IMG/VR virus record: IMGVR_UViG_3300031552_000001
Location: 96,001 to 160,000 of that record
Length of the DNA stretch: 64,000 bases
Strand: one strand, 5' to 3'
Source of the DNA: a virus
The first letter of the stretch is position 1. Each line of letters begins with the position of its first letter. Made by a program: the position numbers and the translations under genes. Positions 9,305 through 18,478 of this stretch are shown piece after piece. A model generated the notes under the pieces. The model did no database searches. It was not told the origin of the DNA and saw nothing but the letters and a program-made list of their open reading frames with translations.

Positions 9305-10472
9305 TTCATGGGACGATGATCTTAGAGAGCATCAACAATCCCAACACAAACCTGGCGGGAAAAAATACGGGTTCTTCTGGAAGCTTTCAGAAACCCCCGT
9401 TAAATTTCACCCCGTGCTACCAGAACCGCTCTACACTCACCCCACAAGCGGGAGGAAACACCCCTTCCGAACAGGATTTCGGCACTTTGTTCCTGGAAGA
9501 GGGAAAGCGTCCGGTACTTATGTGGAATGCGCATACGAACGGGACAAAACTTCTCCGTGTGTCGTACACGCCTATGCATATCCTGAACTGTATAATCTTA
9601 CTAACGTGAAAAGAGACGCAGCACTCGCAGATTGTAAAGCAAACCCGTACTTCGCTATTGGCGGTTTCGTAGAAGAAGAATTTCACCTTGTCGTAGAAAA
9701 AGAAAACGGTAAAGAATATAATAGGCGGGTTTTATGTACAGGTAGAGGGTGTGAAGAATGTCAAAAAGGCAGCCTTATAGTTTTTGGCAAAAAGGGTTTT
9801 TTGGAGATGAGCCCTAGCCAGTGGCAACAGTCGCTTCACCCATGCAACAAGCAAATAGAAAATAGCTTTTGCGCCTGCGGAGGAGACTTATTCGTATCGT
9901 GCTTCTGCTGCACAAATTGCGGGAAGGTAATTTTGGACGTTAGCCTCGCCTGCGACCGATGCAACGGCCAGAACCTGTCAATAGATGTAGAAAGCAAGCA
10001 AGTAACCTGCATGGATTGCCAACGAAGCTGGTCTGCCCTGTACACAGAACACAAGCAGATTTACGAAGAGAGCCTAGACGTTCATAAATGCAAGGATTGC
10101 GGGCATGAGGGGTTCTTACGAGCCGAGAGGTTCTGTTCACAAGAGGGATGCAAAGGCTTCCCTATGTCTATTTTCGATGCTCAGATAACGCTGCATAAAA
10201 GTGGCGAGAAGACAAGTACTAAAGTGTTTGTGGACACGTACTCTATTCAGCCATTAGACGAAAGATTGTTCCTTCCTGAATTTCAAGGCAATGACGAAAT
10301 AGCGTCCAAAATAGTGGAAGCACATAAGAAGGCCTTGAATCTAGAGTACCTGCTTCAGCCAAAAAACATCGAAGACCAGTGTCATGATTTAGGACGACCA
10401 AACCCGTTTACGTCCCAATCAAGGGCTCAAAGCTTTGCTCGTTACGACGGCGAAGGTTCGTCTGGAACGTAG
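9270..10472 (+). CDS. Cys-rich protein, candidate ssDNA-binding protein with multiple zinc ribbons
   Basis: ATG after GGAGGAAG; lies between primase and polymerase; aromatic-rich N-terminus (YGFFWKL) and many CxxC pairs. Function is inferred from position. Confidence 0.45.
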   Translation: MQEQEKSTQQYDSWDDDLREHQQSQHKPGGKKYGFFWKLSETPVKFHPVLPEPLYTHPTSGRKHPFRTGFRHFVPGRGKASGTYVECAYERDKTSPCVVHAYAYPELYNLTNVKRDAALADCKANPYFAIGGFVEEEFHLVVEKENGKEYNRRVLCTGRGCEECQKGSLIVFGKKGFLEMSPSQWQQSLHPCNKQIENSFCACGGDLFVSCFCCTNCGKVILDVSLACDRCNGQNLSIDVESKQVTCMDCQRSWSALYTEHKQIYEESLDVHKCKDCGHEGFLRAERFCSQEGCKGFPMSIFDAQITLHKSGEKTSTKVFVDTYSIQPLDERLFLPEFQGNDEIASKIVEAHKKALNLEYLLQPKNIEDQCHDLGRPNPFTSQSRAQSFARYDGEGSSGT

Positions 10473-10473
10473 C

Positions 10474-10761
10474 ATGGGTTGGACCAAGCATCCTGGGACG
10501 GTTAATTCTTACAGGAACGCTAGGTCGCAGGCATACGCCGACATCAAAAAGTTATCGAAGCGCCTTCGAGTAGAGCTGGAAGATCCCAGCGACATTCACG
10601 GAGCCGAGCTTTACTCGTTGGCGTATGCTTTGCATAGCGAGCTAAGAAGGTTTGTCTGGTTTAGGCGGGCAGTTGGAGGGCACGAATGGGTAGATACTCG
10701 CCCTTTTGTGAATCTTTTACTGGAATCGTTTCCACAATTCAAATGGAGCGTGCATGTTTAA
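10474..10761 (+). CDS. hypothetical protein
   Basis: ATG just after the upstream stop; overlaps the polymerase start. Confidence 0.6.
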   Translation: MGWTKHPGTVNSYRNARSQAYADIKKLSKRLRVELEDPSDIHGAELYSLAYALHSELRRFVWFRRAVGGHEWVDTRPFVNLLLESFPQFKWSVHV

Positions 10762-13078
10762 ACTTGTTCCTCCTCCTGTATACATAGATACCGACGAAAG
10801 GGCTCAGGATCTTCTTCATACGTCGTTGAGGAAAGTAAAAGAAGAGCCCAAAAGCCTCATTGGTTTTGATACTGAAACTCACGGTAAGAAGATTCCCATC
10901 AAAATGGGCACGAAATGCCCTTTAGACTGGATGTCGGATACCGTAACCTTCTGGTCTTTGTCCTTTAGATACAGAGGCGAGCCTTTCCGTTTTTGTATAC
11001 TAGGAGAATACCTACAGTACTTCTCAAGTCTACTAGAGAACCCTGAAGCGTGGCTTGCCTGCTGGAACGCTAAATACGACGCCCACGTGTCATACAACAG
11101 CGGCATAAATATTTGGAACGCAAACGTAATCGACGGCTTAGCGCTAGCAGGACTTCACGACGAGAACAAAAAGCAAAGGGGTTTAAAGGTCTGCGCACGA
11201 GATTGGGCAGGCTTGTCCATGACGAAATATCAGGACCTCTTTCCAAACAGAGATAAATTCGGAAGGAAAATAAAGGAATTCGAAACCTCATTGTTAGACC
11301 TAGTAGAAGACGGGTACGCTGAGCAGGTAGCTGATTACGCATCCTACGACGCGTTTTGCCATTTAGAAACAGTTGAGTGGGTAATCGCTCGTCTTCAAAA
11401 TACCCTCATAGACGCTGATTATAGTTTGTGGGATTACTACTTGAGCATGGAGAAGGACGTCACCGAAGTTCTGTGGAGGATGGAACGTCGAGGCCTCTAC
11501 ATGGACTTAGACTATCTGAGGTCTCAAGTGCCTCTTATAGACGAAGAGATGCTGAAGATAGAGTCGGACATTAACAATGCAGCTAACGGCGTGATCAACA
11601 TAGGTTCTCCTGTTCAGCTTACCAAGTTTTTCTTTGGCAGCGAGATTGATGGAGGGCTAAATCTAACTCCCATAAAAATGACAAAAGGCGATAAGCCTTC
11701 TGTAGATAAAGAAGTGTTAGAGCTATTATCTAGTTCAGGTTATGACGTTGCTAAGAAAATTTTGCGGCACCGACATCTAGCTAAAACAAAAAGCACCTAC
11801 TTAACTTCTTTGATAGCGTTAGCCGAGCACTACGGGGACTGTCGCATCCACCCCAACTTCAACCAGTTTGGAGCTGCCACAGGTAGGTTTTCTACCGATT
11901 CCCCGAATAGTCAGAACTTTCCGAGGCCTGACAATGACGAATTTGGTATCCGAAAGGCTTTCATAGCTCCTCCAGGGCATAAACTGATTGTAGCTGACTA
12001 CGAACAGCTTGAAATGAGAATTATGGCTCATATGTCTGGGGACAGGTCTATGATTCAAGCCATACTGGAAGGCAAAGACTTGCACTCATTCACTGTGTCT
12101 AGAATGGTCCCTAACGTTACATATGAAGAAGTAGACGAAGCAAAAAACCAAAAGGATAAAGACAAGTCGGCCATGACAGGCGAGCAAAAACACCTGCTGC
12201 AAGCACGACAAGACAATAAAGCCATCGGTTTCGGTATTATCTACGGAGCAGGCCCGCCCAGAATAGCTCAAGCAATAGAAATCCCAGAAGAAGATATCGA
12301 GAAACGTATAAAGAGACTGACTGCTGAAGAACTGACGGCCTCTAGTGTCGACATAAAGAGGAAGAGGACTCTTAGCGGCAGAATAGAAAGAGCCATTCAA
12401 AATAATCCGCTGTTGACTCCAGAAAAAGCCACGGTCTTAGTGGCACGTCAGTCCATAGCGGCAGAAAAAATACAGGCGTACTTCGATACCTTTCCTGGTG
12501 TCTATGAGTACATGAAAGCCGTCCCTGAAGAATGTAGACAAACAATGGAATGGTCAGAAGCCTTCCACGGGGAAGCGTCCAAGCCAAAAGGTAGACCAAA
12601 AGGCTCTAATGGCGACCTTATAGATGACGGAGTCGAATACGACTGGGACATGGATTATTGGATTCCAGGTCAAACAGAAAAGCTTACCAGAACAGGTCAT
12701 TTGAAGAAGTTCGGGTATGTAAAAACCCTGTGCGGGCGATACCGGCGCTTAGAGGATATCAACCATACCAACTACCGATTCAAGTCTGAAGCAGAAAGGC
12801 AGGCAGTGAATACTACGATTCAAGGCTCTGCCGCTGACATCACTAAAGCGGCAATGCTAAGGATAGAAAAGAACCCTGAACTAAACCTTATGGGGGTGCA
12901 GCTACTTAATCAAATACACGACGAGTTAGTGCTACAAGTCCCAGAAGAAAATGCCGAAAGAGCTCTGCCTATAGTGAAAGAGTGCATGGAGCATCCATTC
13001 TCAAAGGGGAAAGAGGCTTTGGTAGTCCCTATTCCTTCCGACGCAAAAATAGTCAATTCGTGGGCAGAGGCGAAGTAG
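10754..13078 (+). CDS. polA: family A DNA polymerase (3'-5' exonuclease + polymerase, no 5'-3' exonuclease)
   Basis: ExoI FDTET, ExoII WNAKYD, ExoIII YASYDA; motif A ADYEQLEMR; motif B RQDNKAIGFGIIYG; AERQAVNTTIQGSAAD; motif C QIHDEL. Confidence 0.96.
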   Translation: MFKLVPPPVYIDTDERAQDLLHTSLRKVKEEPKSLIGFDTETHGKKIPIKMGTKCPLDWMSDTVTFWSLSFRYRGEPFRFCILGEYLQYFSSLLENPEAWLACWNAKYDAHVSYNSGINIWNANVIDGLALAGLHDENKKQRGLKVCARDWAGLSMTKYQDLFPNRDKFGRKIKEFETSLLDLVEDGYAEQVADYASYDAFCHLETVEWVIARLQNTLIDADYSLWDYYLSMEKDVTEVLWRMERRGLYMDLDYLRSQVPLIDEEMLKIESDINNAANGVINIGSPVQLTKFFFGSEIDGGLNLTPIKMTKGDKPSVDKEVLELLSSSGYDVAKKILRHRHLAKTKSTYLTSLIALAEHYGDCRIHPNFNQFGAATGRFSTDSPNSQNFPRPDNDEFGIRKAFIAPPGHKLIVADYEQLEMRIMAHMSGDRSMIQAILEGKDLHSFTVSRMVPNVTYEEVDEAKNQKDKDKSAMTGEQKHLLQARQDNKAIGFGIIYGAGPPRIAQAIEIPEEDIEKRIKRLTAEELTASSVDIKRKRTLSGRIERAIQNNPLLTPEKATVLVARQSIAAEKIQAYFDTFPGVYEYMKAVPEECRQTMEWSEAFHGEASKPKGRPKGSNGDLIDDGVEYDWDMDYWIPGQTEKLTRTGHLKKFGYVKTLCGRYRRLEDINHTNYRFKSEAERQAVNTTIQGSAADITKAAMLRIEKNPELNLMGVQLLNQIHDELVLQVPEENAERALPIVKECMEHPFSKGKEALVVPIPSDAKIVNSWAEAK

Positions 13079-13080
13079 CT

Positions 13081-13347
13081 GTGACCATCACGGATATTAT
13101 CAATGCCGTTTCTTCGCGGCTAGATGTAGACCGAAAACTCACTGCCGGATTCGTATTTGAGGTCGTAAATGAGACGATACAGGCTCTTGAATCCGGCAAG
13201 TCAGTTAAGATCAAAGGGCTGGGCACTTTTACGTGGAAGCCGGTATCAAAACGCTCTGGAACTGGGGTTCGGTCGGGAACTTATGTGCCAGAAGGAAAAA
13301 AGTTGAAGTTCGTTCCAGCTAAAAAATTCAGAAGTAGAAGACCATAA
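13081..13347 (+). CDS. HU/IHF-like DNA-binding protein
   Basis: GTG after GAGG; DIINAVS...ALESGKSVKIKGLGTF...KKLKFVPAKKF. Confidence 0.85.
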   Translation: MTITDIINAVSSRLDVDRKLTAGFVFEVVNETIQALESGKSVKIKGLGTFTWKPVSKRSGTGVRSGTYVPEGKKLKFVPAKKFRSRRP

Positions 13348-13369
13348 CTCTACACAGGAGGCTAGCATC

Positions 13370-13633
13370 ATGCCGAAAGACTGCGACAAAAAAGTACTTG
13401 TTGAGGTTTTGATATGCCCCGCTCACGGGGTTACGGCTCTTGCCATTAACCACAATATAACGACGTCTTCAAAGTGCTGCGTCCTGTGGGACGTGCAAGA
13501 CAGCTTTGTCGTAACAGCAGAAAACGTAAAAAACGCACTAAAAGATAAGGTGTCGCAGAAAGACATTACATTTTCAACAAAAGCGGCCGCGGAGCGTAAA
13601 TGTGGCTCAAAAACTAAAAAGAAACGAGGGTAA
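13370..13633 (+). CDS. hypothetical protein
   Basis: CAGGAGG SD; 87 aa. Confidence 0.65.
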   Translation: MPKDCDKKVLVEVLICPAHGVTALAINHNITTSSKCCVLWDVQDSFVVTAENVKNALKDKVSQKDITFSTKAAAERKCGSKTKKKRG

Positions 13634-13634
13634 A

Positions 13635-14258
13635 ATGACTACTGATCTACAAAAAACATACTATGTTCATGCCTACGTTGGAGAAACAGGAGGACGAGCA
13701 ACGTTAGCTCTCACCCCCACCAGAAAATTTGCCACAGCTGGGGCGCCACCCACTACTGAAGTCGCTACTTTAACACCCCAGGCGTTTATGGCCACGGCAG
13801 CTTGGTGTAACCCAAACGATAGGTTTAGGTTTTGCAAAGCAAAAGGCAGAAAAATAGCTACAGGCCGTATGAACAAAAACAAGAAAGCTATACTCGTTGG
13901 AAGCTTCAACGGGACTCTTACTAGGAAAATTTTGCTGGATGCGCTTTCCTCCTTATCAGACGTTATGCAAGGAGATGAACGAGGAGCCCACTGGGAAGGA
14001 GTGCCTCGGTGGGCGCGAAATCAAACTCTGCACTTAGAAACCCCTAACAAAGAAGGAGCTACCATGAACAAATACGGGGTTGAGCTGGACGACTCTAAAG
14101 TCGATGACCTTCAAACAAAAACGGCGTCTGGGGACGGTAAGAAAAGATGTGCTTGTGGTAACGAGCTAGACGATGGAGGGGCGTGCCCGTTCCACGGTAC
14201 AGAGCCCCTGGAAAAAGCGTCTGCTGTTTCTCCTTGCAAGGATTGCGATAAGGAGTAG
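13635..14258 (+). CDS. hypothetical protein (possible second in-frame start at 14064)
   Basis: GAGGG SD before ATG 13635; AAGGAG SD before in-frame ATG 14064; Cys-rich C-terminal part. Confidence 0.6.
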   Translation: MTTDLQKTYYVHAYVGETGGRATLALTPTRKFATAGAPPTTEVATLTPQAFMATAAWCNPNDRFRFCKAKGRKIATGRMNKNKKAILVGSFNGTLTRKILLDALSSLSDVMQGDERGAHWEGVPRWARNQTLHLETPNKEGATMNKYGVELDDSKVDDLQTKTASGDGKKRCACGNELDDGGACPFHGTEPLEKASAVSPCKDCDKE

Positions 14259-14260
14259 CT

Positions 14261-15583
14261 ATGATTCAAAAAGCTAAAAAGGGGGCGACTCCGCCCCCTA
14301 AGGGCAAATCGATCTCTTCATCTAAACGCCCCTCTAAAGTAGACAAAGGGGGTGATCGCCCCCTAAGCGCTTCAGAAAAAGTGCAAGCATACGTTAAGTC
14401 CGTTAGCGTGAACCCTAGATACAAAGGGAAAGTGCAGGTTAGATTAGCCAAAGATTACAAAACACCCTTTAACTTACGCAGGCCTACCGGACTGCTGTCT
14501 CTAGACTTAGCCCTTGGTGGGGGTTTTCCTGCCGGCGGGTGTTCTCAAGTATACGGGGCTCGATCTTCTGGAAAAACGCACATATGCTTCTGTGTAGCTG
14601 GGCAGATACAAAAACACTACGGAAACAACTCGGTTATCTTAATCGCCATGAGCGAAATGAGGTCAGACGTAGGTTTCGCTCGAATGTCCGGGGTGTGTGT
14701 CAGGTATTCAGACTATGAAATAGAGGAATACGACAAGATACGAAAAAACAAAGGACTACCTCCTTTCACTAGCGAAGAAAGGGCGGATTTACAAAAACAA
14801 ATAGGCGAGGTAATTTTTACTGGAGGAAACACGGGAGGGGACGTTCTTGATGGCACGTTAGAAGCGCTAGATCGTATGGGAAACGTGTGCCAACTAGTTA
14901 TTGTAGACTCGTTGGGCTCTCTTCTTACACCAGACCAGGAGGCGAAATCCGTAAGTGACAAGCATTACGGGGGGAGCTCTGGGTTACTGACCATATGGCA
15001 AAACAAGCTACAGCCTAAATTTGTCAATGACCTCCCTGACGGTACCATGCTCGAGACTACTATTCTCGGCATCAATCAAGTGCGTGCCCTTATCGGCAGT
15101 CCTATGCCCAACAGCACCAGGCCCGCCGCAGGCGCGAAATCATGGGAACACGCTCAACTAACTAATGTAGAGCTCAAAACGTCTGAGCCGTTATGGGCAG
15201 ATACTAAGCACAATGAACAAAGCGGCAAAGTTATAAAGTGGGGAGTCAAAAAGGGTAAGGCGGGTACACATGATGGAGCAAAGGGGGAGTTTGATTGGTA
15301 CTATTTTCCTCATCACGACCCTGTGTTCTGGAAAGACGTAGTCGAGAACAGCGTATCCTATGGGGCAGATAAGATCTCCGATCTCATCAACGTCTGTAAG
15401 AAGCTAGGAGTCATAGAGATGGGCGGGCCCTGGAGGTATATAAAAGACGATGCAGGAAACTTACTGGTCCGTACTCAAGGCGACGAGCCTCTTGTAGAGC
15501 GCGTACTAGAAGACCCAGAATTAGAGGCTAGACTCCGGGAATCCTGCTTAAAATCATCAGGCTTAACAGTAAGGTACAAGTAA
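14261..15583 (+). CDS. recA: RecA/UvsX-like recombinase
   Basis: TGLLSLDLALGGGFP, Walker A GARSSGKT, Walker B VIVDSLGSL, GINQVR. Confidence 0.92.
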   Translation: MIQKAKKGATPPPKGKSISSSKRPSKVDKGGDRPLSASEKVQAYVKSVSVNPRYKGKVQVRLAKDYKTPFNLRRPTGLLSLDLALGGGFPAGGCSQVYGARSSGKTHICFCVAGQIQKHYGNNSVILIAMSEMRSDVGFARMSGVCVRYSDYEIEEYDKIRKNKGLPPFTSEERADLQKQIGEVIFTGGNTGGDVLDGTLEALDRMGNVCQLVIVDSLGSLLTPDQEAKSVSDKHYGGSSGLLTIWQNKLQPKFVNDLPDGTMLETTILGINQVRALIGSPMPNSTRPAAGAKSWEHAQLTNVELKTSEPLWADTKHNEQSGKVIKWGVKKGKAGTHDGAKGEFDWYYFPHHDPVFWKDVVENSVSYGADKISDLINVCKKLGVIEMGGPWRYIKDDAGNLLVRTQGDEPLVERVLEDPELEARLRESCLKSSGLTVRYK

Positions 15584-16068
15584 TGCGCATACTATGCCCT
15601 GTCTGCGGGGACATAACAAAATCGGTTAACCGAGACTGCTTTAAGAAGCTACTCTCTACGGGTATTACTCCCAAATGCCCGTTTTGTAATGAAGAAGCTC
15701 GCAGGGAATACACCAAGAGGGGCATTACTGACAGCCAAAAAAGAAGCAGAAACCAAGAAAAGAGAGTAGCCAGAAGAGAAGGGGGGAGGAGGCAGCCTTG
15801 CTCAGGCGCAATGGACGGATTTGAGGGGGACGTTAGGCGAGTAGGTAAGTTTCGAGGAGAGTGCAAATTTACTAGGGCCGCATCGTATAGGCTAAAATTA
15901 GAAGATTTGAAAAAGATAGAGCATCAAGCTTGTGGCTCGGAACTGCCAGTCTTTGACCTTGAATTTCAGTCAGAATCTCCTGCTAAACGGTATGTCGTGT
16001 TGCCTGAGTGGGTTTATGAAACCCTGATGGTTGAATCTGGAAGGCGAGACTCTTCTGAAGGAGGTTAA
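15583..16068 (+). CDS. Hjc-like PD-(D/E)xK Holliday junction resolvase with N-terminal zinc ribbon
   Basis: CPVC...CPFC; QEKRVARREGG, SGA...GDV...GECK. Confidence 0.65.
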   Translation: MRILCPVCGDITKSVNRDCFKKLLSTGITPKCPFCNEEARREYTKRGITDSQKRSRNQEKRVARREGGRRQPCSGAMDGFEGDVRRVGKFRGECKFTRAASYRLKLEDLKKIEHQACGSELPVFDLEFQSESPAKRYVVLPEWVYETLMVESGRRDSSEGG

Positions 16069-16885
16069 ATTGTTAGAATCTATACGAACAATAGATGACC
16101 TTACTCGAGCGCTGAAGGGAGATGGCTTTGATATAGTACAGCATTACCTTAACCAAGTAACTGTACAGGCGGATATAGAGGACTACCTGCTCTGGCTGTA
16201 CGATAATGAGGTAACCACTGACATAGTAGCTAAGTTAAGAAGAGAAAGAACCCGCGCTTTAGGGATCCATCCCTCCTCGGCGTCCAAAGTAGGTGTGTGT
16301 CTTCTAAAGCTCTACTATGAATGCACCCACGAGGTTCCTCCGGGATCGGCGTACAACCAGAAGTCTCAACTCACTTGGGATATAGGCACACTTCTTCATG
16401 AGACGTGCCAACAATGGTTTCGTGATATGTATGGGGACCAGTTTCAAAGTGAAGTAAGTCTAAAAAATGACGACGGCACTATCTGTAGCCATACCGATGG
16501 TATTTTCTCCTTTACGTATTACAAGTTCATCTTAGAGATAAAATCGATAAAAGAAGGAGGAAACTACGGATGGGAAAAGGTGCAGTCGAAACCGCAAGTA
16601 GACCATGTTCGACAAGCCCACTTCTATATGAAGCTCAGCAATACCCCTTATGCGCTAGTGCTGTACCTCAATAAAAACGCCGGAGAGTTCAAGGAGCATG
16701 CGGTATACTTCAACCAATCAATATGGGATGACCTTCAAAACAATGTAATAGACCCCGTTGTATCCGCCGCGTACAAAAAAGGACCACGCGTTCCGGCCAA
16801 GCCTGGTTGGCATTGTAAGTGGTGCGCGTTTCAGCACGGATGTCCTGAAAAGAGAAGAGGAACTGTTGATCATGCAAAATGGTGA
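16031..16885 (+). CDS. Cas4-like PD-(D/E)xK exonuclease
   Basis: IHPSS...C, GTLLH, HTDGI, LEIKS, QAHFY, C-terminal CKWC...C (Fe-S pattern). Confidence 0.85.
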   Translation: MNLEGETLLKEVKLLESIRTIDDLTRALKGDGFDIVQHYLNQVTVQADIEDYLLWLYDNEVTTDIVAKLRRERTRALGIHPSSASKVGVCLLKLYYECTHEVPPGSAYNQKSQLTWDIGTLLHETCQQWFRDMYGDQFQSEVSLKNDDGTICSHTDGIFSFTYYKFILEIKSIKEGGNYGWEKVQSKPQVDHVRQAHFYMKLSNTPYALVLYLNKNAGEFKEHAVYFNQSIWDDLQNNVIDPVVSAAYKKGPRVPAKPGWHCKWCAFQHGCPEKRRGTVDHAKW

Positions 16886-17618
16886 ACCTAACGACGCCTT
16901 TCTCACAGATGAGAACGAAGGTATAAGTGCTTATACCTTCGCTGATAGGGTAACAGCCCGAATTCAAAAGTTGGGGGTAGGTAACTACGAAAGACCGAGG
17001 CTTGAAGAAGATCACGAGGGGGTGATCCTTCATCTGAAGCGCGGGGACTATTTTGATGGCCGCCTTCCTATAATCATCAGGAAACTGACTTTAGATCAGC
17101 TCTCTGCTCTATATTCCCTGTACTCTAACTGGTTCGGCTATATCACCACTCAGTTCATGATGATTGCTGCCGAACGGTCTGAGGCTACCTGCCAAAAAGA
17201 GTTTTTGATAAACCATCTTAAAAACCACTACAGGACCCCCTATGCGGGGAAGAAGCTACCTGAAACGGCGGTAACAGACGCAGCAAAGACGGACAAGCGT
17301 TACGTTTTAGCGAACGCTAGGTACGAAGAGCTCACGGCTATTTACAACATGCTGGAGGCTATGAAAGAAGTAGCCAACCAAGACATGAAGGTAATTAGTC
17401 GAGAGGTGACTATACAGCAAGAGAAGGCCAGAAAAGACTTGCTATTACACGGATTCGGAAATCGCGGAAAAGACTATTCGGACTTTCAAAACGCGGTCTC
17501 TGATACAGAGTGGGGGGCCCAGAAGGAGCATCATGGTTCAACGCCCGGCACTACGTCTAAGAAACCAGGAAGGGTTTACCCCAAGCCAGAAATCAAACGG
17601 CCAAGAGCCCTTCGATAG
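16872..17618 (+). CDS. helical hypothetical protein, possibly UvsY-like recombination mediator
   Basis: Amphipathic helical C-terminal half (AAKTDKRYVLANARYEELTAIYNMLEAM); context next to RecA. Weak. Confidence 0.4.
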   Translation: MQNGEPNDAFLTDENEGISAYTFADRVTARIQKLGVGNYERPRLEEDHEGVILHLKRGDYFDGRLPIIIRKLTLDQLSALYSLYSNWFGYITTQFMMIAAERSEATCQKEFLINHLKNHYRTPYAGKKLPETAVTDAAKTDKRYVLANARYEELTAIYNMLEAMKEVANQDMKVISREVTIQQEKARKDLLLHGFGNRGKDYSDFQNAVSDTEWGAQKEHHGSTPGTTSKKPGRVYPKPEIKRPRALR

Positions 17619-18159
17619 TCTCACGTTGGTTACAGACCTCCCTCCTTCAGTAAACGCATTGTATCAACATCGAAGGGGCGGAAAACTAGCCCTTACGGAA
17701 ACGGCCTATCGATTTAGAGAGTCCGTAAAAGCAGTAGTTACTACCAATTTAGCTAAAGTACTCACCTTTCCTACGGGTCCAGAAGTTATATACAGATTTG
17801 ACATTACCCTTTACTTCGAGCAGTTAGAGAACCCTGGCTGGTTTGAGTTTTGGGAGCGAGATGTTTTCTATCAAAAGGACTCTAAGGACGGAAAGCATAA
17901 GAAAGGGAGTCTAAAATACAAGAAGGGGGAAAGGAAAGCAGTAAGTCGATATAAGCAAATCGATTACGACAATCGCATTAAGTTTTTGCAGGATTGTGTA
18001 TCGAAATCGATAGGTATACCTAATGACTCACAAATCTTTGTAGGGCACCAAGAAAAAAGGGAAGACCCGCGCGACCCAAGAGCGGAAGTTACTGTAACGG
18101 TAGAGAAGGACCCTTCTCGATTCTTTCACGAAAGGAGAGGTGATGGCTTCCGCCCCTGA
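17533..18159 (+). CDS. RusA-like Holliday junction resolvase
   Basis: AAGGAG SD; LPPSVNALY, DYDNRIKFLQD, NDSQI. Confidence 0.8.
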   Translation: MVQRPALRLRNQEGFTPSQKSNGQEPFDSLTLVTDLPPSVNALYQHRRGGKLALTETAYRFRESVKAVVTTNLAKVLTFPTGPEVIYRFDITLYFEQLENPGWFEFWERDVFYQKDSKDGKHKKGSLKYKKGERKAVSRYKQIDYDNRIKFLQDCVSKSIGIPNDSQIFVGHQEKREDPRDPRAEVTVTVEKDPSRFFHERRGDGFRP

Positions 18160-18478
18160 CATAACCCTAGATTTAACAGAATTGAATCATACTGAGTTGG
18201 TTTTACTGGCCAAGTGGTGTGGGCTACCTGCTTCCCGAGGCATTCCCCGAGAAGTAATAATCGAGTCTCTTGAAACATTTCAGCCTATAAGCGCGGCTAT
18301 CCCGTTTGATGAAAAAAGGCGCTGCTTATCCACATGGATAACCAGAAACTGGAGCATAGTACGGATGCAGGTGCCAAAAAAGGTATGCCCGCGATGTGAT
18401 TTGTGCAAAGACCTTCAAATACTAGATTGCTACACGGTGAATGAGGACCTAATAAAGCCCAAACGGCCGAGGAGATAA
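18140..18478 (+). CDS. hypothetical protein (C-terminal CxxC-x-C)
   Basis: AGGAG SD upstream; operon-coupled. Confidence 0.7.
   Translation: MMASAPDITLDLTELNHTELVLLAKWCGLPASRGIPREVIIESLETFQPISAAIPFDEKRRCLSTWITRNWSIVRMQVPKKVCPRCDLCKDLQILDCYTVNEDLIKPKRPRR

Noticed and set aside
6654-15583. Possible inteins in the DnaB-like helicase, PolA and RecA inserts
   Set aside because: No Cys/Ser-start, TxxH or HN-end Hint motifs in these inserts.
16031-16885. CRISPR-Cas system suggested by Cas4-like gene
   Set aside because: No repeat-spacer array or other cas genes in the window; solo Cas4-like nucleases are common in phages.
5711-17618. Longer track starts at 5711, 9159, 10435, 12982, 13602 and 16758
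   Set aside because: They overlap upstream genes extensively. Downstream starts avoid the overlap, and several have clear SD sequences.
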